Of a stretch of 64,000 nt of DNA, positions 42,149-52,458 are shown in pieces. The position numbers and the translations under genes are program-made. Source of the stretch: Candidatus Bathyarchaeia archaeon (GTDB lineage Archaea; Thermoproteota; Bathyarchaeia; Bathyarchaeales; Bathycorpusculaceae). A model generated the notes under the pieces. That model made no database searches and was not told the DNA's origin. It saw only the letters and a list, made by a program, of their open reading frames with translations. The number at the start of each line of letters is the position of its first letter. The stretch's first letter is position 1. Location of the stretch: positions 86,453-150,452 of the forward strand of contig JBBFKZ010000002.1 in NCBI GenBank assembly GCA_037481775.1. Direction: 5' to 3'.

Positions 42149-42264
42149 AGGGCGCTTCGTTGGCTGGTTTCGGCAGGCATCTTTAACAATTGAAGATTAT
42201 CAAGATAAGCTTAAATAAGCAAAATTTGCATTATCCATTTCGCGCCTTATGCGCTTGTCAGCGA

Positions 42265-42339
42265 GCCCAGGTAGTATAGTCCGGTCTAGTATAAGCGGCT
42301 GTCGCCCGCTAGACCCGGGTTCAAATCCCGGCCTGGGCG
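42265..42339 (+). tRNA. tRNA-Asp(GTC)
   Basis: GCCCAGG/CCTGGGC acceptor stem; AGCGG-CT GTC GC-CCGCT; TTCAAAT T-loop; upstream TTAAATA. Confidence 0.95.
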
Positions 42340-42465
42340 CCTAACTTTCGGCGTGGCACCTTTTTTGATCTACAGTTTTTCTCTGTTTTAATTATACTAT
42401 AGGAAAGCTTTTGTTAAAGCGCTATAAAATAATGTGGAGTCATCTATGTGTTGTATAAGTAGGGT

Positions 42466-43677
42466 ATGTGTGCTGTGAAAATGACCTCTGATAGCCGCAG
42501 TGAAAGTGGCGATGGCTCTCGCCGTAATATCTTTGCTTTAGGTTTTGCTAGCTTCTTCACTGACGTATCTAGCGAGATGGTTTTCAGTCTACTACCCACG
42601 TTCTTCCTTAGCTTGCCAGGCGCCAGCGTAGCCATATTAGGTTTTGTCGAGGGCATCGCCGAAGCTTTGAGCTACGCCTTACGCTCGGTTTCCGGCATCT
42701 TTTCAGACAAGGTAAGAAAAAGGAAACTGCTTGTGTTGGTTGGCTATGGCTTATCAAACATTCTTAAGCCCTTTTTCGCCGTGGCACGCGCGCCAATAGA
42801 TGTTTTGGTAATACGGGTTTCTGATAGAGTTGGCAAGGCGGTTCGCACATCGCCTCGTGACGCGCTTCTCAGCGAGTCAGTTTCCGAGAAGCACCGCGGC
42901 GCAGCTTTCGGTCTCCATAGAACTATGGATCAAGCCGGCGCCATCTTGGGACCAGTGCTTGCTTCTGCTGTCCTTCTTGTTTTTGGGCTTACTGTGCGAG
43001 ATATTTTCTGGCTTTCGTTAATACCTGGCTTGATTGCGCTTTTGATTCTTCTCTTCTTCGTCAAGGAACGCGCCGGCAAATCCACTGGGGACTTCAAAGT
43101 GCTCGCCGGCGTCAAGTCTGTTTTGAAACGCGATTTTTCTCTGCTGCTCGTGGTTGTAGGCGTTTTCTCTTTAGGCGCCTTCAACTTTTCCTTTGTTCTC
43201 CTCAACGCGCAGGAAGCAGGAATCGCCGAGTCGCTTATACCGCTGGTTTATGCAGTGGTTAACGTGGCGCATGTGGCCATAGCCATCCCCGCCGGCGTCT
43301 TATCCGACAGAATAGGACGAGAAAATGTCCTGCTCATGGGTTACGGAATTTTCCTCACAAGTGTTCTGCTTATGATGCTGCTTCCTGTTAACGGATTCGA
43401 CGCCTTCATCATCGCCTTATTCTTCGGCGCCTACGTTGGAGTGGTTGAAACCGTCCAGCGCGCCATGGTTCCCGCATACGTGGACAAGTGCCTATTAGGC
43501 ACGGCGTATGGCCTCTACTACCTCATTGTCGGCTCCGCCTTCTTCGTGTCAAATGCGGTGGTTGGAAGCCTATGGGAACACTTCGGTTCATCAATAGCTG
43601 TTACTTATAGCGCAGCAACATCCGTGCTGTCTATAATCTTTATGCTGCTGTTTCTTGCTCGAAGAAAAAATCAATAA
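42466..43677 (+). CDS. MFS transporter
   Basis: 12 TM; DVSSEM, SDRVGKAVRTSPRD, AFGLHRTMD. Confidence 0.9.
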   Translation: MCAVKMTSDSRSESGDGSRRNIFALGFASFFTDVSSEMVFSLLPTFFLSLPGASVAILGFVEGIAEALSYALRSVSGIFSDKVRKRKLLVLVGYGLSNILKPFFAVARAPIDVLVIRVSDRVGKAVRTSPRDALLSESVSEKHRGAAFGLHRTMDQAGAILGPVLASAVLLVFGLTVRDIFWLSLIPGLIALLILLFFVKERAGKSTGDFKVLAGVKSVLKRDFSLLLVVVGVFSLGAFNFSFVLLNAQEAGIAESLIPLVYAVVNVAHVAIAIPAGVLSDRIGRENVLLMGYGIFLTSVLLMMLLPVNGFDAFIIALFFGAYVGVVETVQRAMVPAYVDKCLLGTAYGLYYLIVGSAFFVSNAVVGSLWEHFGSSIAVTYSAATSVLSIIFMLLFLARRKNQ

Positions 43678-43714
43678 TTATTTTTCCTCTTAAACTGGCA
43701 CGCGCGGTTAAGCT

Positions 43715-44131
43715 TCACGGTTCCATTTCTCGACAAAACGTTTGCTCCACCCAGCGAAGAATTTCATCCCTTACCGCTCTGACCTTCTGCATAATCTCTT
43801 CCTCGCTGCCTGCAAACGCCGATGGATCAGGAAAGCTTTTGTGAATTACTTTTCTCCCGGGAAAATATGGGCACTCTTCACGCGCTGAATCACAGACGGT
43901 AACCACGTAATCAAAGGTTCTCCCTTGAAACTCTTGCAAGCTTTTAGACCGATGCGATGTGAGGTCGACGCCGACTTCCGCCATAGCTTTAACAACATAA
44001 GGATTAAGTCCTCTTGGCGCTACACCCGCACTTTTCGCCTCGTAACGGTCTCCGCAAAGCTTATTCAAAAATGCCTCCGCCATCTGTGAACGAGCCGAAT
44101 TATGCGTGCACATAAACAAAACCGACTTCAT
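43715..44131 (-). CDS. arsC: Arsenate reductase (LMW-PTP fold)
   Basis: CTHNSARSQMAE, VTVC...CP, DP. Confidence 0.88.
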   Translation of the reverse strand: MKSVLFMCTHNSARSQMAEAFLNKLCGDRYEAKSAGVAPRGLNPYVVKAMAEVGVDLTSHRSKSLQEFQGRTFDYVVTVCDSAREECPYFPGRKVIHKSFPDPSAFAGSEEEIMQKVRAVRDEILRWVEQTFCREMEP

Positions 44132-44300
44132 CGCACACCAACACTTCATGCGCCAAGCAAACCTTTAGCTTTTTCCTATAAAAGCTATTTATTTTATCAT
44201 TTTAGTGTATAGTTTCCCAATATTTCCAGTTTTCAAAACCTTCGATTTTTGCCGTCTTCAGCTACAGAAAACATATGAATCTGCTACATCCATCTTAAAG

Positions 44301-45638
44301 ATGAGTATGCCATCGTCATCTACACTTCATAATGCAGCCGGTAACTGGCTAATGGACATAATCAAGCGAAGCGGCAATTCCGCCGTTGAAGAAAACATAG
44401 TCGCCCGCGCCTCAAAAAGCAGCCTATGTGTACTCTGCAAGGGCTCACGCTTTCTCTGCGGAAAAACACGCTGCCCAATAATGGTCAAAGTCAACTATTA
44501 CCTGAAAAGCGTGCCGCTAATGGCAAGCGAAGACATAAATGGCGCTTCACCGCCAAGCGTTTTTATCGGACGAATTGGCTATCCATACGTTTACGTGGGA
44601 CCTCTTGTGCCGCCTATCCACGAGGACACAAGCCTCTACGATTTGCCCGAGCAATGGTTTGGCCGGTCAATTGATGAAATTGTGGGCTTCCGCTCAATGC
44701 TTATACGTGGCAAACACCGTGTTCACGTACAAAAATTTGAGCAGGCAGGCAAAATAGCTGAGCAGACACGTGAGCTAGCGCTTGCAGAAAACAGCGTTGA
44801 CGTCGAATTGAACCTTACAAAAAAGCCCAGGGGCTTCATTTTCATGGATGACGACGTCCAGCCTTTCGGGCCGTCCGCGCCCATAAGGAACTTGCATGTG
44901 GGCAACGCCCGTTTTGACAGCAGAATCGAGAAAGCCTACTATGACACTGACCTGCGCGCCACCGACGCCGTGTTGGAGCTTTACCGCCGCGGCGTTATGG
45001 TCACTAAAATCCAGCGTGCTTTTAGCTTCGGCGCCTTCGGGGTAGAGAAAAACAGGCGTTTGGTGCCGACACGCTGGAGCATAACCGCCGTGGACGACAT
45101 CATCTCTAAGGCATTAGTTGAGCAAGTAAAGACTTTCCCGGAAATCAGCGAATACCGCGTTTATGAATCGGTTTACTTGGACAATGTTTTTGAGATTTTG
45201 ATGATTCCCGACGCTTGGAGTTACGAGTCCATGGAAGCCTGGTACCCTGGCACAGTGTGGAATCCCCACGGCAGCAGCACGCTGATATTTTCAGACTGGG
45301 AAGGCGGCAATGGACGAACGACGTATGCACAGATTGGCGGCTGCTACTATGCTGCGCGGTTAGCAGTCTGCGAGCAGTTGGTCAAAGAGCGACGACAAGC
45401 CACCGTTATCGTGCTACGTGAAGCCCGCCCAGGTTACATAATGCCTGTTGGCGTCTGGCAAGTGCGTGAGAACGTGCGGAATGCTATGCGTCAAGCACCG
45501 CGTCTTTTCAAGAGCCTTAATGAGGCGTTGCAGTTTATCAGCGGTAGATTCGAGATTCCACTGCGACGGTGGATAATGCAAAGCGAGCTGTTGAAGAAGG
45601 CGCTTTTCCAAAAGAAACTTTCGGATTTTTTCTCTTAG
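44301..45638 (+). CDS. nreA: Nre DNA repair protein
   Basis: CVLCKG..LCG..CP, SPPSVFIG, LVPTRWSITAVD, C-terminal PIP box QKKLSDFF; start approximate. Confidence 0.9.
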   Translation: MSMPSSSTLHNAAGNWLMDIIKRSGNSAVEENIVARASKSSLCVLCKGSRFLCGKTRCPIMVKVNYYLKSVPLMASEDINGASPPSVFIGRIGYPYVYVGPLVPPIHEDTSLYDLPEQWFGRSIDEIVGFRSMLIRGKHRVHVQKFEQAGKIAEQTRELALAENSVDVELNLTKKPRGFIFMDDDVQPFGPSAPIRNLHVGNARFDSRIEKAYYDTDLRATDAVLELYRRGVMVTKIQRAFSFGAFGVEKNRRLVPTRWSITAVDDIISKALVEQVKTFPEISEYRVYESVYLDNVFEILMIPDAWSYESMEAWYPGTVWNPHGSSTLIFSDWEGGNGRTTYAQIGGCYYAARLAVCEQLVKERRQATVIVLREARPGYIMPVGVWQVRENVRNAMRQAPRLFKSLNEALQFISGRFEIPLRRWIMQSELLKKALFQKKLSDFFS

Positions 45639-45703
45639 TAGAACATGCGCTTTCTGACAAATTTTTAAATGGCGCGCACTCAATTACTATTAAGGGAACG
45701 TTT

Positions 45704-47344
45704 ATGTCAGTAACGGGTTCGGCACTCAAGGAGTTCATTTTGCCTTTTGCTGTTCTTTCGGAAAACCGTAAGGAACCCTTCACCGCTGACGCAGAGGCGG
45801 CTGCCATTTTCGCGCTTGCAGAAGAGGAACGAGCAAAAGGCGGCGGCATCATCGCGTCGCGTCCTGAAGAGAAAACTGTTTTTGTCGCGAAAATTGGCTA
45901 TCCTCTCTGGCTTTTTCCATGGCAGGAAACCACGCTGATTTTTGATGGCTTGAATAGGGCTAAATGCACTTTGCCGTATGCCGTGATTCCCGCTGTTGAC
46001 GTTTTTATGGAGAACCTTAAAAGAGGCGCAAAAGCGCGTGAAACTTATCTGGCTTTCATTTCCGATCACATAAACTATTTTCAGGCGTCAGCGACGGAAA
46101 AGAGCCTGCAAATAAACGGTTTAATCAGTGATCCCGCGTTTCTGAAGGAGTTTGATGTTTACCGCCGTGAAGCGGTCGAAATAACCGAGCGGCACAGTAA
46201 CGTGGCGTTGCTTTCTCCGCTTCTGGATGAATCTTCAATTGCGGCTGCGTTGGATGAACTTAAAGCCTTATACTCTTCTTTCAAGGCAAGTCGTGACAAG
46301 CTTTATTGGTGCATGAAGTTTCTGGACAAGGCAACTCGCCATTACGTTAAGCTGCTGCATGATAAAGCCAAAGCCATCCGAGACGAATTTGGCGTGAAAA
46401 TTAGGGCGCAGGAGGAGCTTATTGAGCCGAAGATTGCTCGTCTTAAAGAAGATTATGATCATAAAATTATCGAGTCGACTAAGAATTTTGAGAAGCAGGA
46501 GCATTCTCTGCAGAAGGAGAAAGTGAAGCTTGAAAAGTCTAGGGAGAATGCGCTTGCAAAGATTGAGCATTACAGGTTGGAAGCTAAGACTCGCGCGGAA
46601 AAGGACGATTATGTAGGCGAGCAAAAGTGGAAGGAAAAAGCTAACGAAATGAAGCAGGAGCTTTCTGAAATTGAAGAGCAGCTGAAGCAAGCGGAAAAAG
46701 CGCTTAAGGATTTAGAAGAACGCAAGTCTCTTGACATCTTTAGTTTACGCCATGAATCAGATGCCAAAATTAAAGAGGCACGGCAACCGCTGCTGGAACT
46801 TGAGTCTTCACGCGAAGCGCAGCTTCTCCTTTTGAAGCAGGAGATGGAGACGCTGGAGCAGCAGACCAAGCTGATAACTGATCAAGTCGGCAGAACCGCT
46901 AAGCTAATTGAAACATTTATGGATAATTTTTCAAAGCTTGGATTGAAACAGGAGTTGCCGTTGAAAGATGCTGCCTTATTCTATGTTCCTTTCTACGTGG
47001 CTTGCTACCAAGTTGAATCCGCGAAACGTTACTCGTTCTTTCCTCCTTCAGAGGTAAACGCCTTTGGTTTCTCCACTAAAATTAAAGGCGCCTTGGGTAA
47101 AATGAAAATTAAACAGTTGCTTGTTCCACGCTTTGAAGTAGTAACTTCGCTGATGGATACGCTTCAAGTGCTTGCTTATCAAAACGCGGTTTTTGAAACA
47201 GAAATGCGGGAACTATGCGAAACCGTGAACATGCTAAAACTGGATGATGCACGCGAGGGCTTAAAAAGGGGCTTGGAGTGCTTGCAAAGGGAGGGTTGGT
47301 TATCCGAGAAAGAACAGCAAGCCCTAACCCAAAAAATCACCTGA
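45704..47344 (+). CDS. Hypothetical long coiled-coil protein
   Basis: Long K/E-rich heptad region between two globular ends. Confidence 0.75.
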   Translation: MSVTGSALKEFILPFAVLSENRKEPFTADAEAAAIFALAEEERAKGGGIIASRPEEKTVFVAKIGYPLWLFPWQETTLIFDGLNRAKCTLPYAVIPAVDVFMENLKRGAKARETYLAFISDHINYFQASATEKSLQINGLISDPAFLKEFDVYRREAVEITERHSNVALLSPLLDESSIAAALDELKALYSSFKASRDKLYWCMKFLDKATRHYVKLLHDKAKAIRDEFGVKIRAQEELIEPKIARLKEDYDHKIIESTKNFEKQEHSLQKEKVKLEKSRENALAKIEHYRLEAKTRAEKDDYVGEQKWKEKANEMKQELSEIEEQLKQAEKALKDLEERKSLDIFSLRHESDAKIKEARQPLLELESSREAQLLLLKQEMETLEQQTKLITDQVGRTAKLIETFMDNFSKLGLKQELPLKDAALFYVPFYVACYQVESAKRYSFFPPSEVNAFGFSTKIKGALGKMKIKQLLVPRFEVVTSLMDTLQVLAYQNAVFETEMRELCETVNMLKLDDAREGLKRGLECLQREGWLSEKEQQALTQKIT

Positions 47345-47371
47345 ACGCTTAAGACGCCCTGCTGCAGCGTG

Positions 47372-47905
47372 CTATTTCTTCTGTAGTTTTTTGTAATTCT
47401 GCATGGCTTGTTCAACAATTTTCATGGCTTCCGCGGCTTTTTTCCATTCTTTCGCCTTTGCCCACTTGTGCGGCTCTAGGCGCTTGTAAGTTTCAAAGAA
47501 CTCCTGTATCTCCACAAGCTCATGCCTATGTATGTCCGATATGTCCCTGTAGCCTTCAAAGCGCCTATCGTTTTCCAGCACCGAAAGAATTTTGGGGTCT
47601 ACGCCATTCTCATCTTCAATTATTAATGCGCCTATCACGCGGACTTTAGCTATGGCGCCGACTTCCAGCGGCTCAAAGCTTAATGCCATAATATCCAAGG
47701 GATCTTCATCGTCCATCCATGTTTGCGGAACAAAACCATACTCCACTGGGAAAATTACTGCGGAGGGAATTATCCTGTCCAAAACAAAGGCTTCCCACTC
47801 TGGCCTGTACTCGTACTTGTCGCGGGAAGAACTTGTCACTTCTATAACCATGTTCAAATGTTCTGGCGGCTTGTCTCCTGCTGGAATTTTCTTCCAAAGA
47901 TTCAT
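47372..47905 (-). CDS. ppa: Inorganic pyrophosphatase
   Basis: KYEY, YGFVPQT, DEDPLD, FFETYK. Confidence 0.94.
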   Translation of the reverse strand: MNLWKKIPAGDKPPEHLNMVIEVTSSSRDKYEYRPEWEAFVLDRIIPSAVIFPVEYGFVPQTWMDDEDPLDIMALSFEPLEVGAIAKVRVIGALIIEDENGVDPKILSVLENDRRFEGYRDISDIHRHELVEIQEFFETYKRLEPHKWAKAKEWKKAAEAMKIVEQAMQNYKKLQKK

Positions 47906-47954
47906 TTTCGCCTTTCCACCTCAAAAGGCAAGAAGCCGCTTGAATGATTTAACG

Positions 47955-48734
47955 TTATTGCCTAAAGAAGTCTTCCAGTTTTGTGCCCTCGGTTTTCTTC
48001 AAAACTTCCGCGCATTTTTTCGGATCCAACGCTTTAAACTCCAACCCAAGCGTCGCCAGTAGCCTCCGCGCATCCTTGCCTACGGCTGGCGCTGCAAGCA
48101 CACCTCGGAGTTCCCTGTTCGCCTTGCTTCTTATAGCGTCTATGTATTTGGCAAGCTGCAGAACTGCTTCTTTCCCAGCAGTTTTCCTCTTGACTTCCAC
48201 CACCACGAGCCTGCCGTTCTTGTCCACACCGTAAACGTCCACGAATCCAGGCTCAACCTTCTTTTCGTAGCTTATAGGCGTGAAGCCTTCTTCCAAAAGC
48301 GAAGGCTGCAGCAGAATCGCGCGGTGCATGTCCTCTTCGCTGGCGTAAAGCGCAAACTCGCCTGAATCCGCAAGACTAAGCGCGGAAACCATGAAAACCT
48401 CGTTAAAGGTTACGATGACGCTTTCGCGTGGCTTCTGCCTGACTGCGTGCACCTCTACCGCGTCGGCTTTGGCGTGTACGTGGAAAATGCTGCCCGAGGG
48501 TTGCCAGTTTACGGGTTCATAGCCGACGGGGCGGTGAACAAGAAGCGAGCCGTCCTCTTTGACGATTAGTATTCGCTCGCCCGGTTTCAGCGTCGAGCTT
48601 GCTCTGCCCGTGTAGCGAACGCGACAGTTGCCTGCGACAATAAGCGTTTTTCTCTGCGCGAAAGCCTTCTCAATAGCAGATGCCGCCTCTGCCGGCTTCG
48701 GGTTTGCAAGCACCATTAGTTTCTCTTTATGCAC
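47955..48734 (-). CDS. nucS: Endonuclease NucS/EndoMS
   Basis: YTGRASS, KEDGSLLVH, PVNWQP, EVKR, QLAKY, PIP-like tail. Confidence 0.94.
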   Translation of the reverse strand: MHKEKLMVLANPKPAEAASAIEKAFAQRKTLIVAGNCRVRYTGRASSTLKPGERILIVKEDGSLLVHRPVGYEPVNWQPSGSIFHVHAKADAVEVHAVRQKPRESVIVTFNEVFMVSALSLADSGEFALYASEEDMHRAILLQPSLLEEGFTPISYEKKVEPGFVDVYGVDKNGRLVVVEVKRKTAGKEAVLQLAKYIDAIRSKANRELRGVLAAPAVGKDARRLLATLGLEFKALDPKKCAEVLKKTEGTKLEDFFRQ

Positions 48735-48795
48735 TTTGCGTCAGCCAAGTATTTTAGTGAGCTACTACGTACATAAAATTTCTGAAGGACCAGCC

Positions 48796-49350
48796 ATGAA
48801 CATGTGGAGCCAAAAACGCGGTATGATGCGCCGTTACGATTTGACAGCACAGCTCTATGATATGCGCTACGCCGAGGAGCAAGCGCTAAAGTACCGCGCC
48901 GCGCTGGAGCAGCTGAGCATAAACGGCGACAGCCGCGTTCTTGATGTAGGCTGCGGCACTGGTCTATTGCTTAGCCATCTGGCTGAAGCTGAAACCGTCG
49001 TGGGCGTGGATATTTCCAGTAAGCTGCTGCTTCAAGCCAAAGAACGCGCGCGAAAACTCCGTGATGTGCATCTGGTGCAGGCGGACGCTGACCATCTGCC
49101 GTTCAGAGACGACTGCTTCAGTGTAGTTTTTGCCTTCAGTGTGCTTCAGAACATGCCCGCGCCGCTGGAGACACTGAAGGAAATCAGACGTGTTGCTAAG
49201 CAATGCGCGCCAATTGTGGTTTCTGGCTTGAAAAAAGTTTTCTCCCTGCGCGCTTTCAGCGTGCTACTGCAAAATGCTGGTTTGAAGACTGTTTCTTTGA
49301 AAGATGATGAAGCGCTGAAGTGCTATGTCGCTGTTAGCGTTCAAATATAG
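48796..49350 (+). CDS. Class I SAM-dependent methyltransferase
   Basis: VLDVGCGTG, GVDIS, ADADHLPF. Confidence 0.88.
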   Translation: MNMWSQKRGMMRRYDLTAQLYDMRYAEEQALKYRAALEQLSINGDSRVLDVGCGTGLLLSHLAEAETVVGVDISSKLLLQAKERARKLRDVHLVQADADHLPFRDDCFSVVFAFSVLQNMPAPLETLKEIRRVAKQCAPIVVSGLKKVFSLRAFSVLLQNAGLKTVSLKDDEALKCYVAVSVQI

Positions 49351-49353
49351 TTC

Positions 49354-50652
49354 CTATTTTTTAAGACGGTTTCTTACGCCATAGTAAATTGCGCCAGCGA
49401 TTAAGCATATGACGCCGATTATCCATGCTTGCGTTGCAGCTAAGAGAATAAACACTAAAAGCGCCAAGCAAGTGCCTATGCCCAGCGCTGGCACCAGCCT
49501 GCTGTAGCGTCGCTGCTCCGTTTTCAACTTGAAAGCAGCTATGTTTGCTAGGGCATAGTAGAAGAGGGTTGCGAAGGTGCTTAGGGCAACGACTCTTGTG
49601 AGATCCACGAGCAAGACAAGCGCCGTCATCAACGCGCCTACGATGGCTATTGCGTAGTAGGGCGTGCAGAATTTGCCGTGGAGTCTGGCTAAGGTTTGCG
49701 GCATGTCGCCGCGTCGAGCCATGGAATAAGCCATGCGTGAAACACCTAAAATCGATGTGAGCAGCACGCTTGCCGTGGCTACTAGGCCTCCCAAAGAAAC
49801 TACCTGCACGCCGATTGCGCTGCCTGTGGCGCTTATGGCCTCTGCCAACGGCGAGTTCGAAGCGGCAAGCTTCGCTGCGCCTACCAGCCCAACAGCCACT
49901 AACCCCACTAAAACATAGATTACAGTGGATATGCCCAGAGACAGTAGCATTGCGTGTGGCACATTACGTTTTGCGTCCTTAATCTCCTCAGCTACCACTG
50001 CTGCTCTTGCGAAACCAGCATAAGCGAAGAAAATGAAGCATGCGCCGTAAAGCACGCCCGCATTGGCAGGTTCAAAAGGCGAGAAATTTGCCGGCGTCGT
50101 GTAGCATGCGCCGAGGATTATGAAGAATAACAGTATCAGCACTTTAGCTACCACGAGGATATTATTCAGAAGTGATGATTGCCGAGCGCCTATGAAATTT
50201 AATGCTGTAAATGAAATGCATACTACCGCTGCAACCATGTTGCTTGGCAAAACTGGGAGCACCGCTGTGAAGTAGTATGCAAAGCCAAGCGCGACGGCGG
50301 CGCCCGTGAAAGTGTTGGAGAGCAACCACATCCAACCTGCCAGAAAACCAGAGAAGGGCGAGATAAGCTGTCGTGCATACTCGTAAATGCTTCCTTCAAC
50401 CGGCTGCCATGATGCCAGCTCTGCAAAGCTTAACGCAGTAAATGCTGCGATCACAGCGGCGATAATCATTGAAACCACCATGGCTGAGCCGGCTAAGCCT
50501 GCTGTTATGCCCGTTACGACGAATATGCCGCCGCCGATTATGGCGCCTACGTTTATAGATGTGGCGTCAAACAATCCTAAGGAACGCTTTAACTCTGCTT
50601 TTGCCTCTTTCTGCGTCATCTCTTCCACATTCAACCCATGCTTTCGGGTCAA
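49354..50652 (-). CDS. APC-family amino acid permease
   Basis: LKRSLG, GAIIGGGIF, FFAYAGF, AEEIK; start may be ~50618. Confidence 0.9.
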   Translation of the reverse strand: MTRKHGLNVEEMTQKEAKAELKRSLGLFDATSINVGAIIGGGIFVVTGITAGLAGSAMVVSMIIAAVIAAFTALSFAELASWQPVEGSIYEYARQLISPFSGFLAGWMWLLSNTFTGAAVALGFAYYFTAVLPVLPSNMVAAVVCISFTALNFIGARQSSLLNNILVVAKVLILLFFIILGACYTTPANFSPFEPANAGVLYGACFIFFAYAGFARAAVVAEEIKDAKRNVPHAMLLSLGISTVIYVLVGLVAVGLVGAAKLAASNSPLAEAISATGSAIGVQVVSLGGLVATASVLLTSILGVSRMAYSMARRGDMPQTLARLHGKFCTPYYAIAIVGALMTALVLLVDLTRVVALSTFATLFYYALANIAAFKLKTEQRRYSRLVPALGIGTCLALLVFILLAATQAWIIGVICLIAGAIYYGVRNRLKK

Positions 50653-51866
50653 GGCTTTGAGGCTGCTGCAAGGAGAAGCGGCACGATGCCTCCCTGCATT
50701 ACCACGCCGAAGCCGCCCTTTTTCGCCGAGTCTTCATCAAATCTCTGCACTCCATCAGGCTCTAAGCCGGGCGCTTTAATTGCAAAGGGCACCGGCTCTC
50801 TCGTATGCGTTCTAATTTTAATTGGTGTTGGATGGTCAGGCAGCACCGCAATTGCGTAAGGCTCCTTCAAGCCGCTGATTATCCTCCCAAGTAATCTTCT
50901 GTCCAAGTCCTCGATTGTTTTCACCTTTAGCCTGTAGTCGCCAACGTGTCCCGCTTCGTCTGGCGCTTCCACATGAACAAAAACCAAGTCGTGCTCCTCA
51001 AGCGCTTTTAATGCTGCGTCTGCTTTTCCCTCATAATTTGTGTCTTCCCTACCTGTGGCTCCTGGCACATCGATGACTTTCATGCCTGCGTAGATTCCTA
51101 TGCCCTTAACCAAGTCCACAGCTGAGATTACCGCGGCTTTTAAGCCGTATTTCTCCCTGAAAGAGGGCAAGCTTGGCTTTTTCCCGCCGCCCCAAGGCCA
51201 AATCATGTTTCCCGGATTTTTCCCTTTCTTCTGCCGAGCTACGTTAACTGGATGCGCTTCCAGTATATCCTTCGATTTGAGTATTGCCTCTCGCAGTAGG
51301 GCCGCAGTCTTCTCCGCTGCTGGTAGTTTTGCTTTAGGTAAAACCTTCGTGACTTCGGTGCCTACAAAATCGTGTGGCGGTGCGCACTCCACTTGCAGAG
51401 CGTAAGGCGCGTTCCGCAGAATCAGAAAGTGCCTGTAATCTAATCCTGAATAAAACTCGATCACGCCTGGTTTTTCACACGCCCTTTTCACGGCTTCCAA
51501 AAGCGGCGCTGAGTCGTTGCTTGTTATGTGACCCGCCGAGTAGTCCGCCAGCACGCCGTCCTTTTCAGTTATTAAGTTGCACCTGAATGCTATGTCCTCG
51601 TCTTCCAGCTTGATGCCGCGTGTAGCAGCCTCAAGGGCGCCTCTGCCAGTGTAAAACTGTTCAGGGTTGAAACCCAGCACTGAAAGAATCGCCACATCTG
51701 ATCCTGAACTTAAGCCATCGGGCACTGTTTTAAGCAAGCCGCTTCTGCCTTTCGCCGCTATCGAGTCCATGTTAGGCTTACTTGCCACCTGAAGAGGCGT
51801 CCTGTTTCCCAATTCAGGGACAGGGCAATCTGCCATTCCATCCCCAACAACGACTATGTACTTCAT
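50649..51866 (-). CDS. apgM: Cofactor-independent phosphoglycerate mutase
   Basis: GDGMAD, GSDVA, EAPDEAGH, PDHPTP...H. Confidence 0.92.
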   Translation of the reverse strand: MKYIVVVGDGMADCPVPELGNRTPLQVASKPNMDSIAAKGRSGLLKTVPDGLSSGSDVAILSVLGFNPEQFYTGRGALEAATRGIKLEDEDIAFRCNLITEKDGVLADYSAGHITSNDSAPLLEAVKRACEKPGVIEFYSGLDYRHFLILRNAPYALQVECAPPHDFVGTEVTKVLPKAKLPAAEKTAALLREAILKSKDILEAHPVNVARQKKGKNPGNMIWPWGGGKKPSLPSFREKYGLKAAVISAVDLVKGIGIYAGMKVIDVPGATGREDTNYEGKADAALKALEEHDLVFVHVEAPDEAGHVGDYRLKVKTIEDLDRRLLGRIISGLKEPYAIAVLPDHPTPIKIRTHTREPVPFAIKAPGLEPDGVQRFDEDSAKKGGFGVVMQGGIVPLLLAAASKP

Positions 51867-52043
51867 GCTTTCTTCACCATTCTTTTCGTTTTTACATGAG
51901 TGAATACTCTACGCCACTTTTGGCGTTAATTAATCAAGCTTTAATCTCAGATGGTATTCCATGTGCACATTTATCTACCTTTTCTAAGGCTTCTGTCTGC
52001 CTCTTAAAAAGGCAAATAAGCTTGAATGAAGAACTTGAACCTT

Positions 52044-52109
52044 GGACGATGAGGAAATCGAGGTACGAAGACGCATTTGCGGATGAACGCTTTTTCCGCT
52101 TCTGAGTCC
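52044..52109 (+). ncRNA. Candidate C/D-box guide sRNA
   Basis: GGAC/GTCC terminal stem, C-like GATGA, C'-like GGATGA, D box CTGA; guide ATCGAGGTA is complementary to conserved 23S ACCUCGAU. Confidence 0.5.
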
Positions 52110-52242
52110 CTGGGAAAAGCTGATGCAGAACACACTGTTTAATGCCTTAAGTTTTTGTCAAATTGACAAATGGGAAATTAGCTACTAAGCGCGTTGGAGC
52201 GCCTCTGCTTCTTGGACAAAAGAAAGAGGCTGGAAATATTTT

Positions 52243-52458
52243 TTATCTTTCTTTTCTTGTCATGTACGCCCATGCTGTTATTAGCACGAGTGTTAGACAA
52301 GCGCCGGCGAATCCTGAGACCACCCATTTGATGTTGATGAGCGCTGGTAGTACGGTCAGAAGCCATGGGATTACGTAGTCTGCTGTCAACTGTGCTATTA
52401 CTCCCGCCATGAATCCTAAGAGCGCTATTACTGCGAATACCTTTAACCTTTCACCCAT
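52243..52458 (-). CDS. Small 2-TM membrane protein
   Basis: GGGTGA RBS, two hydrophobic helices, divergent from cdv cluster. Confidence 0.7.
   Translation of the reverse strand: MGERLKVFAVIALLGFMAGVIAQLTADYVIPWLLTVLPALINIKWVVSGFAGACLTLVLITAWAYMTRKER

Noticed and set aside
42265-42345. tRNA-Asp (and tRNA-Ser) as further integration sites
   Set aside because: No duplicated tRNA fragments or integrases were seen near them.
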